A stretch of DNA of 64,000 nucleotides from Candidatus Saccharimonadales bacterium (GTDB taxonomy: Bacteria > Chloroflexota > Dormibacteria > Aeolococcales > Aeolococcaceae), in contig DATLRB010000013.1 in assembly GCA_035534875.1 (NCBI GenBank), positions 101,315 to 165,314 on the forward strand, read 5' to 3'. The notes under the pieces were generated by a model. That model ran no database searches. It was not told the DNA's origin and saw nothing but the letters and a program-made list of their open reading frames with translations. This document shows positions 57,180 through 64,000 of this stretch, in pieces (the stretch's first letter is position 1; the number at the start of each line of letters is the position of its first letter). Made by a program: the position numbers and the translations under genes.

Positions 57180-58211
57180 ATGGCCGGCAGAGCGTTTGTG
57201 ACGGGCGCGAGCGGCTTCCTCGGCCGAGCGATCGTGGAGGAGCTGGCCGCCGCCGGGCGTCCGGTTCGAGCCCTCGCCCGGTCCGATGCGACCGCCCAAC
57301 GGCTGGCCGCCCTGGGCGTCGAACCGGTCCGGGGCGACCTCCGTGACCGCGCCTCGCTCGAAGCAGGGTTCGCGGAGTGCGACGTCGTCTACCACGCGGC
57401 CGGGGTGAACGCGTTCTGCCTGCCGGATCCGGGCCCGATGTTCGAGGTCAACGTCAACGGCTCGCGGGAGGTCGTCCTCGCCGCCGCGGCAGCCGGCGTC
57501 GGCCGGGTGGTCTACACGTCGTCAGCAGCCACGCTCGACGCGGCCTCAGACGACCGGCGCGCGCGCCACCACGGCGCTCGCCGGTTTCTCTCGAACTACG
57601 CTCGGTCGAAGTTCGAGGCCGAGCGCGTTGTCATGGCCGCCTCCGCGAGCACCGGGGTCGACGTGGTGTGTGTCAACCCCGCCTCGGTCCAGGGCCCCGG
57701 GCGCACCAGCGGGACGGCGCGGCTGCTGATCGGCTATCTCAACGGCAAGCTGCCCGCCGCGGTCGACGGACCACTCAACGTCATCGATATCGCCGATTGC
57801 ACCCGAGGCCATCTGCTGGCCGAGGAGCGCGGGACCCCAGGGCAGCGCTATCTGCTCTGCGGTGCGTCGATGACGCTGCGCAGCGGGCTGGCGCTCCTGT
57901 CGAGGCTCACCGGGCTCGAGGACCCACCTCGTTTCCTCCCCGCCGGTATCGCCCTCGCGGCGGCTGCCGGCATCGAAGTCGTTGCGCGCGCACGCAGGAA
58001 ACCCACGCGTTTCTGCCGCGAGATGGTGCGCACCCTGATCGAGGGGGCCGCTTACGACGGGACCCCGGCGACCCGGGACCTCGGGCTCGCCTACACCCCG
58101 ATCGAGACGACGATGCGCCGGACCATCACCTGGTATCTCCAGCAGGGCCTCATCACGCGGCCACTACCCGGCTTCACGGACTCGGATGGCGCTGGGCCGC
58201 GGCTCGCCTAG
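57180..58211 (+). CDS. NAD-dependent epimerase/dehydratase family (extended SDR)
   Basis: Rossmann motif VTGASGFLG, catalytic Y-x-x-x-K (YARSK). Resembles HpnA/dihydroflavonol-reductase-like proteins. ATG 57180 preferred over track start 57129. Confidence 0.85.
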   Translation: MAGRAFVTGASGFLGRAIVEELAAAGRPVRALARSDATAQRLAALGVEPVRGDLRDRASLEAGFAECDVVYHAAGVNAFCLPDPGPMFEVNVNGSREVVLAAAAAGVGRVVYTSSAATLDAASDDRRARHHGARRFLSNYARSKFEAERVVMAASASTGVDVVCVNPASVQGPGRTSGTARLLIGYLNGKLPAAVDGPLNVIDIADCTRGHLLAEERGTPGQRYLLCGASMTLRSGLALLSRLTGLEDPPRFLPAGIALAAAAGIEVVARARRKPTRFCREMVRTLIEGAAYDGTPATRDLGLAYTPIETTMRRTITWYLQQGLITRPLPGFTDSDGAGPRLA

Positions 58212-58334
58212 CCCATCAGCCGGCCTGCGGCATGCGAGCGCCCGCCCACGGCCAGGCCGAGCGCAGCCGGCTCAGAGCCGTGCGATGCCAGACGCAATCC
58301 AGACCCATGGACCTGACCCCTTGGACGTGGTGGG

Positions 58335-58889
58335 ATGCACACTGACGCCGTGACCCGCCACATGACGATCCCCAACCAGCTGACGATGCTGCGCATCCTC
58401 CTGGTGCCGGTCATCGGCGCGGTTCTGGCGATCGATTTCACCGACCACTACCAGATCAGCGCCGTCGCCTATGTGACCGCAGCCGCCACCGACACCCTCG
58501 ACGGCCGGATCGCGCGCAGCCGCAACCTGGTGACCGAGTTGGGTAAGTTCCTCGATCCGCTCGCGGACAAGCTGCTGGTCATCACCGTACTTGTCATCCT
58601 TGCGACGCAGTCGCTGCTGCCTGCGTGGGTGGTCGTCGTCGTCGCCGCCCGCGAATTCCTGATCACCGGGTTGCGATCGGTGGCCGCCGCTCAAGGCGTG
58701 GTGGTCAGCTCAACTCCGTGGGGCAAATCGAAAACACTGACGCAGAACTGCATGATCCTGCTGATCATCCTGGCCCAGCCGTATCCGTGGCTGATGCCCC
58801 CCGCCATCGCGTTCATCTGGATCGCGGTGATCGCCACGGTGCTGAGCGGCCTCGACTACCTCTGGCGGTATCGGCGCTTCATCATCTAG
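58335..58889 (+). CDS. pgsA: CDP-diacylglycerol-glycerol-3-phosphate 3-phosphatidyltransferase
   Basis: CDP-alcohol phosphatidyltransferase motif DTLDGRIARSRNLVTELGKFLDPLADK within a 4-6 helix membrane protein. Confidence 0.88.
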   Translation: MHTDAVTRHMTIPNQLTMLRILLVPVIGAVLAIDFTDHYQISAVAYVTAAATDTLDGRIARSRNLVTELGKFLDPLADKLLVITVLVILATQSLLPAWVVVVVAAREFLITGLRSVAAAQGVVVSSTPWGKSKTLTQNCMILLIILAQPYPWLMPPAIAFIWIAVIATVLSGLDYLWRYRRFII

Positions 58890-58901
58890 GCACCGGCGAC
58901 G

Positions 58902-60395
58902 TCAATCGTCGTCGTCAACCCAGTCGAGCGTGCGCTGGACGGCCTTCTTCCATTTGCGATAGCCGCGCTCGCGCTCGCTCTCGCCCATATTGGGGAGCCA
59001 CTCGGCGGCCTTGTGCCAGTTTGCCCGGAGGCTCTCGATATCCGGCCAGAAGCCGACGGCGAGGCCGGCCGCGTATGCCGCCCCGAGCGAGACCGTCTCG
59101 GCAACGTTGGGGCGCACCACTGGCACGCCGAGCACGTCGGCCAGAAACTGCATCAACAGGTTGTTCGCGGTCATGCCGCCGTCGGCCTTGAGCGAGCTCA
59201 AGGCGATGCCGGAATCGGCATTCATGGCGTCGACGACCTCGCGCGTCTGCCAAGCGGTGGCCTCGAGCACCGCACGAGCGAGGTGCCCCTTGGTGACGTA
59301 GCCGGTGAGACCCGCGATCACGCCGCGCGCATCGCCCCGCCAGTGCGGAGCGAACAACCCCGAGAACGCCGGGACGAAGTAGATCCCCCCGTTGTCGTCC
59401 ACGGTCCGCGCGAGGGTCTCGACCTCCGGTGCGCTCCCGATCAAGCCCACCTTGTCGCGGAACCACTGGACGAGTGCCCCGGTCACCGCGATCGAGCCTT
59501 CCAGCGCGTAGGTCGCCGGCTCATCACCGATCTTCGAGCCGACGGTGGTGAGCAGTCCATGGCCCGACAGCACCGGCCGGTTTCCCGTGTTGAGCAGCAG
59601 GAAGCTCCCGGTTCCGTACGTGCACTTGGCCTCGCCTGCCGAGAAGCAGGTCTGTCCGAAGAGCGCCGCCTGCTGATCGCCGAGGGCGGCGGCGATGGGC
59701 ACACCGCCGAGCGAGTCGCCGGCCTGGCCATAGATCTTCGACGAGGGTTGGATCACCGGCAGCATGGCCCGTGGGACTCCGATCGCCTCGAGCAGCGTGT
59801 CATCCCAGTCGAGTGTCTCGAGATTCATCAGCATGGTTCGGCTTGCGTTGGTGACGTCGGTGACGTGACGACCGGTGAGGTTCCAGACGAGCCAGCTGTC
59901 CATCGTCCCGAACAGCAGGTCGCCCTCCTCCGCTCGCCTGCGCAATCCCGGCGCGCTGTCGAGCAGCCAGCTCACCTTCGGTCCGGAGAAGTAGGTCGCG
60001 AGCGGAAGCCCGCACCTGTCGCGGAACCGGTCCTGACCGTGCTCGGCGCCAAGCTTCCGGCAGAGGGCGTCGGTCCGCGTGTCCTGCCACACGATCGCGT
60101 TGTGCACGGGCTCGCCGGTGTGCGGGTCCCAGACCACAGTGGTCTCGCGCTGGTTTGCGATGCCGACCGCGACGAGATCGCGCACATCAAGGCCACCGCT
60201 GTCGAGCGCAACGTGCACGACTTCGATGACGTTGCGCAGGATCTCGCGCGGATCGTGCTCGACCCAACCCGGTCGCGGAAATATCTGCTCGTGCTCTTTC
60301 TGGCTGAGCGAAACGATATGCCCCTGTTGATCGAACACAAGGCATCGCGACGACGACGTTCCCTGGTCGATGGCGGCAACGAATCTGGCGCTCAA
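58902..60395 (-). CDS. glpK: Glycerol kinase (copy 1)
   Basis: [58 protein letters not shown] start at 60395. Confidence 0.95.
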   Translation of the reverse strand: MSARFVAAIDQGTSSSRCLVFDQQGHIVSLSQKEHEQIFPRPGWVEHDPREILRNVIEVVHVALDSGGLDVRDLVAVGIANQRETTVVWDPHTGEPVHNAIVWQDTRTDALCRKLGAEHGQDRFRDRCGLPLATYFSGPKVSWLLDSAPGLRRRAEEGDLLFGTMDSWLVWNLTGRHVTDVTNASRTMLMNLETLDWDDTLLEAIGVPRAMLPVIQPSSKIYGQAGDSLGGVPIAAALGDQQAALFGQTCFSAGEAKCTYGTGSFLLLNTGNRPVLSGHGLLTTVGSKIGDEPATYALEGSIAVTGALVQWFRDKVGLIGSAPEVETLARTVDDNGGIYFVPAFSGLFAPHWRGDARGVIAGLTGYVTKGHLARAVLEATAWQTREVVDAMNADSGIALSSLKADGGMTANNLLMQFLADVLGVPVVRPNVAETVSLGAAYAAGLAVGFWPDIESLRANWHKAAEWLPNMGESERERGYRKWKKAVQRTLDWVDDDD

Positions 60396-60560
60396 CGCTC
60401 GCGGCCCCGCGCAGATTGCCCGGTTGCGGCAGAGCAGCCGGAGTGTCCGTGCATCGAGGTGTGTGACCCGCTGTCGCCCTCGCTCCGCGCGGCGACCATG
60501 AGTCGGAACGGATTGCGTGTCAAGAGCGTATTCCTCCTACCGGCTGACACTGCGTGGCCA

Positions 60561-61340
60561 TCACCATGGAACCGCCCCCAGGTCGCGCGATATCGTCCGC
60601 GCTCCCTCCCTGACGTACGACACCAGCTCGCTGCGCGGCTGCGCGCCGTCGCAGAGTCGTTCCGTCGGTCCGGAGATGGCGATGGCACCGACCGCCGCAC
60701 CCTGGCGGTCGCGGATCGGTGCAGCGCACGACGTCTCACCTTCGATCAGCTCTTCCACCGATGCCGCCCATCCGTGCTCCTGCACATGCTCGAGCTCGAC
60801 GCCGAGCAGCTTGGGGTCGGTGATCGTGCAACTGGTGAAGCGTTGGAGTGATCCGTTGCCGAGCTCCGCCGTCAGGTAGGGGTGGTAGGCGAGCAGCACC
60901 TTGCCCATCGCGGTCGCGTGCAGCGGCAGCAGCGCACCCACCTCGAGCACCTGCGGACTGTTGTCGGGACGGAACACGTGATGCACCAGCAGCACCTGAC
61001 CGTCATGCAGCGTGCCGAGGCGCACGCTCTCGTTGGTGCGCGCCGCAAGCCAGTCCGCCCAGTTGAGGGCCCGCGTGCGCAGCTCGTTGCCGTCGAGGTA
61101 ACTGCTCCCCAGGTGGAGCAGGGCGGCGCCCATCCGGTACTTGCCCGACTCCGGGTCCTGTTCCACGAAGCCGACCGAGAGCAGCGTGCGCATGATGCCG
61201 TACACGGTCCCCTTGGGGAGCCCCAGCTCGCCCGCGACCTCGGCCAGGCTCCTCCGGGTGCGCCCGGAGAGCAGGCGGAGGATCGCCGAGGCTCGTTCGA
61301 TGGATTGGATCGGTTTGGGCACGGGCGCTAAGCCTACCAA
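60561..61340 (-). CDS. IclR-family transcriptional regulator, GylR-like
   Basis: HTH IQSIERASAILRLLSGRTRRSLAEVAGELGLPKGTVYGIMRTL plus an IclR effector domain. Divergent from glpF-glpK as in actinobacterial gyl loci. Start TTG 61340 or GTG 61322. Confidence 0.88.
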   Translation of the reverse strand: MVGLAPVPKPIQSIERASAILRLLSGRTRRSLAEVAGELGLPKGTVYGIMRTLLSVGFVEQDPESGKYRMGAALLHLGSSYLDGNELRTRALNWADWLAARTNESVRLGTLHDGQVLLVHHVFRPDNSPQVLEVGALLPLHATAMGKVLLAYHPYLTAELGNGSLQRFTSCTITDPKLLGVELEHVQEHGWAASVEELIEGETSCAAPIRDRQGAAVGAIAISGPTERLCDGAQPRSELVSYVREGARTISRDLGAVPW

Positions 61341-61451
61341 TTCCTTAATAGGGCAAAAGGGCCATTGCCAAAGGTGATTGACAATGCCCTACGACCGAGG
61401 GTACTGTCCCCACACCCAATCAGGGTAGAGATCGCCAAGGAGGTGGCACCA
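61341..61451. promoter_or_regulatory. gylR-like / glpF divergent control region
   Basis: TTGACA (61378-61383), 18 nt spacer, TACTGT (61402-61407) facing glpF. Inverted repeat GGCAA-N8-TTGCC at 61352-61369 is a candidate IclR operator. Confidence 0.5.
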
Positions 61452-62171
61452 ATGCCGAACCACATCTTTTTCTCGGAGGTCATAGGGACTGGCCTACTGA
61501 TCCTTCTGGGGGACGGCGTCGTCGCGGGCGTGCTGCTGTCCAAGTCGAAGGCCGAGAACAGCGGCTGGATCGTGATCACCTTCGGATGGGCGATGGCCGT
61601 GGCGATGGCCGTCTACGCCGTCGGTCAGTTCGACGGCGCGCACCTCAACCCCGCGGTGACACTCGGGTTGGCGGTCATCGGCGTCACCCAGTGGTCCAAC
61701 GTTCCGTCGTACATCGGTGGTGAGCTGGTGGGTGCCTTCATCGGAGCGGTTCTGGTGTGGGCTCATTACAGCCATCACTGGAAGGAGACTGAGGATCCTG
61801 GCCTGAAGCTCGCCGTCTTCGCGACCGGCCCGGCGATTCGCAACCCTGCGTTCAACTTCATCAGCGAGGTCATCGGGACCTTCGTGCTCGTGTTCGGGGT
61901 TGTGGCGATCACCTCGGGAGGTAACAAGCTCACTGGCGGCCTCGCCCCGCTCCTCGTCGGCTTGCTGGTTTTTGCGATCGGCCTGTCGTTGGGCGGTCCG
62001 ACCGGTTACGCGATCAACCCGGCTCGCGACCTCATGCCGCGCATCGCCCACTTCCTACTCCCCATTCCCGGCAAGGGATCATCCGACTGGGAGTACGCCC
62101 TGATACCGGTGGTTGGGCCGATCGTCGGTGGCATCCTCGGCGCGATAGTTGCGCACCAGCTTCCCATCTAG
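61452..62171 (+). CDS. glpF: Glycerol uptake facilitator (MIP/aquaglyceroporin)
   Basis: Two NPA boxes (HLNPAVTLG and AINPARDL). ATG 61452 preceded by AAGGAGG. Confidence 0.92.
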   Translation: MPNHIFFSEVIGTGLLILLGDGVVAGVLLSKSKAENSGWIVITFGWAMAVAMAVYAVGQFDGAHLNPAVTLGLAVIGVTQWSNVPSYIGGELVGAFIGAVLVWAHYSHHWKETEDPGLKLAVFATGPAIRNPAFNFISEVIGTFVLVFGVVAITSGGNKLTGGLAPLLVGLLVFAIGLSLGGPTGYAINPARDLMPRIAHFLLPIPGKGSSDWEYALIPVVGPIVGGILGAIVAHQLPI

Positions 62172-62226
62172 ACGTCGCGGAACGCTGAGCGATTGCTGAA
62201 CGAAATATGGGCGAAAGGAAATAAGA

Positions 62227-63717
62227 ATGGCGAAATACGCAGCAGCGATTGACCAGGGCACCACCAGCACGCGCTTCATGGTGTTCGATCACAGCGGCAA
62301 GGTTGTCTCTGTCGATCAGAAGGAGCACGAGCAGATCTTCCCGAAGCCGGGCTGGGTGGAACATGACGCGCTCGAGATCTGGCAGCGCACACAGGAAGTC
62401 GTGCGGGCCGGGCTCGACAAAGTGGCGATCGGCGACCTGGCGGCCGTCGGCATCACCAATCAGCGCGAGACGACGGTCGTCTGGGACCGGGGTACCGGCC
62501 GTCCCGTCTACAACGCGATCGTCTGGCAGGACACCCGCACCGACAAGATCGTCGACCAGCTGGCGGCGGACGGCGGCCAGGACCGCTTCCGGGCCAAGGT
62601 GGGGCTACCGCTCGCAACCTACTTCTCAGGGCCGAAGGTCAAGTGGATCCTCGACAACGTCGACGGAGCACGCGCCAAGGCCCAGGCGGGCGACCTCGCC
62701 TTCGGCAACATCGACGCGTGGCTCATCTGGCTGCTCACCGGCGGGACCGACGGTGGCGTGCACGTCACCGACGTGACCAACGCCAGCCGGACGATGCTCA
62801 TGAACCTGGAGACGCTCGACTGGGACGATGAGATCCTCAGCACCATGACCATTCCGCGGTCGATGCTCCCCGCGATTCGCGCATCGAGCGAGACCTACGG
62901 GACGGCAAAGGGTGTGCTCGCCGGCGTACCCGTCGCGGGCGACCTCGGCGATCAGCAAGCAGCCCTCTTCGGGCAGACGTGCTTCGCGGTCGGTGAGGCC
63001 AAGAACACCTACGGCACCGGCAACTTCCTGCTGCTCAACACCGGCACCAAGCCGGTGCAGTCGAAGAACGGACTGTTGACGACGCTCGCGTACAAGATGG
63101 GCAGCGCCGACGCGACCTATTGCCTCGAGGGTTCGATCGCGATCACCGGCGCGCTCGTGCAATGGCTGCGCGACAACCTGGGCATGATCGAGAAGTCGTC
63201 GGACATCGAGGTGCTCGCCAAGACGGTCGATGACAACGGCGGCGCGTACTTCGTGCCGGCGTTCTCGGGCCTCTACGCTCCGTACTGGAAGTCGAGTGCC
63301 CGTGGAGTGATCGCCGGCCTGACACGCTACGTCAACAAGGGGCACATCGCCCGCGCGGCGCTCGAGGCGACCGCCTGGCAGACGCGTGAGATCGTCGACG
63401 CCATGAACGCGGATTCCGGTGTCGCACTGACCTCGCTCAAGGTTGACGGCGGCATGGTCTTCAACGACACACTGATGCAGTTCCAGTCCGACGTGCTCGG
63501 CGTACCGGTGGTGCGTCCGACCGTCGCCGAGACAACCTCGCTGGGCGCCGCCTACGCCGCCGGCCTTGCGGTCGGATTCTGGGCACAGGTGGAAGACCTC
63601 CGCGAGAACTGGGGCAAGGACAAGGAATGGACCCCGCGCATGGACAAGGCAACCGTCGACCACGAGTACGCGCTCTGGAAGAAGGCTGTCACCCGGACCT
63701 TCGACTGGGCGGAGTGA
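62227..63717 (+). CDS. glpK: Glycerol kinase (copy 2)
   Basis: Same FGGY/glycerol kinase motifs as copy 1 ([46 protein letters not shown]). Follows glpF. Confidence 0.95.
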   Translation: MAKYAAAIDQGTTSTRFMVFDHSGKVVSVDQKEHEQIFPKPGWVEHDALEIWQRTQEVVRAGLDKVAIGDLAAVGITNQRETTVVWDRGTGRPVYNAIVWQDTRTDKIVDQLAADGGQDRFRAKVGLPLATYFSGPKVKWILDNVDGARAKAQAGDLAFGNIDAWLIWLLTGGTDGGVHVTDVTNASRTMLMNLETLDWDDEILSTMTIPRSMLPAIRASSETYGTAKGVLAGVPVAGDLGDQQAALFGQTCFAVGEAKNTYGTGNFLLLNTGTKPVQSKNGLLTTLAYKMGSADATYCLEGSIAITGALVQWLRDNLGMIEKSSDIEVLAKTVDDNGGAYFVPAFSGLYAPYWKSSARGVIAGLTRYVNKGHIARAALEATAWQTREIVDAMNADSGVALTSLKVDGGMVFNDTLMQFQSDVLGVPVVRPTVAETTSLGAAYAAGLAVGFWAQVEDLRENWGKDKEWTPRMDKATVDHEYALWKKAVTRTFDWAE

Positions 63718-63859
63718 CGCCCGCCTGAGGCGGATGGAGCAGACTGAAATTCGTCCTCCGTGGGAGCTCGGCGGCGCGGCGAGCGCCGGTGCCGGCCGGG
63801 CCCCCCGAGGGCGCCCACGCGATCGAAATTGGCGAGAGTCAGGCTACAAGGAGGTCGAC

Positions 63860-64000
63860 CATGGCTGGCGAGGGTCAGGAATCTGAAGGCGTCCCAGGAG
63901 CAGGCGACCACGAGCACGGGCACCAGGGCTCTTTTGCCACCGGGCAGGAGGAGACCGAGCACCACCCCGAGCGCGCGGCGGAAGAGGGGGACTTCGCGAC
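63860..64000 (+). CDS. Hypothetical acidic/His-rich protein, 5' end only (runs off the window)
   Basis: ATG 63860 preceded by AAGGAGG. MAGEGQESEGVPGAGDHEHGHQGSFATGQEETEHHPERAAEEGDFA. Open to the window end. Confidence 0.3.

Noticed and set aside
63721-63733. Hairpin CCGCC-TGA-GGCGG right after the glpK copy 2 stop. The 44397-44480 gap between cbbX and hypE was examined in the same way.
   Set aside because: The stems are only 5 bp with no following T-run, so I could not support intrinsic terminators from sequence alone.

Overview
Very GC-rich, gene-dense chromosomal segment; third codon positions are almost all G/C. The gene content suggests a high-GC Actinomycetota genome (inference): LLM/F420-type oxidoreductase, stand-alone LigD polymerase, GylR-type glycerol locus, TreY/GlgX, DUF4232-like lipoprotein, red-type RuBisCO with CbbX. 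I can support about 60 protein-coding genes and one decayed pseudogene. I found no rRNA or tRNA, no CRISPR array, and no transposase, integrase or phage genes. Main blocks, in order. (1) 0-9.6 kb: regulator-plus-transporter pairs (HxlR with ABC-2, MarR with MFS), a GAF-GGDEF-EAL protein, fadD followed by a DMT transporter, and an agmatinase-family gene. (2) 9.5-13.7 kb: an operon of a sphingosine-1-phosphate-lyase-like PLP enzyme, an FGGY kinase and an MFS transporter. (3) 13.8-24.5 kb: miscellaneous enzymes (LigD polymerase, M20 amidohydrolase, divergent transketolase-like enzyme, LLM oxidoreductase, serine hydrolase, S9 peptidase). (4) 24.5-26.2 kb: three small or Cys-rich hypothetical genes in a less GC-rich stretch that contains palindromes. 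(5) 26.2-30.9 kb: divergent treY and glgX. (6) 31-39 kb: ArsR-type regulator with EamA transporter, a 1291-aa fused ABC exporter, and small enzymes. (7) 39.4-44.4 kb: cbbR divergent from prk-cbbL-cbbS-cbbX. (8) 44.5-52.1 kb, convergent to block 7: a tightly coupled hydrogenase-maturation operon, hypF, SIS, hypC-like, SIS, hypC, hypD, hypE, preceded by a YceI-like gene and a small unknown gene. (9) 52.2-63.7 kb: a glycerol/dihydroxyacetone block (IclR, dhaM, ptsH, ptsI, dhaL, dhaK, pgsA, two glpK, a GylR-like IclR, glpF). The most interesting candidate is the uncharacterised SIS / HypC-like / SIS insert inside the hyp operon, which sits next to the CO2-fixation operon. Next is the lyase-kinase-transporter operon. 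Operon calls are supported by many 4-nt start/stop overlaps (ATGA or GTGA at 76-79, 7783-7786, 10725-10728, 37539-37542, 41455-41458, 45623-45626, 46834-46837, 47825-47828, 48049-48052). All functional calls rest on motif recognition by eye; no database search was possible.
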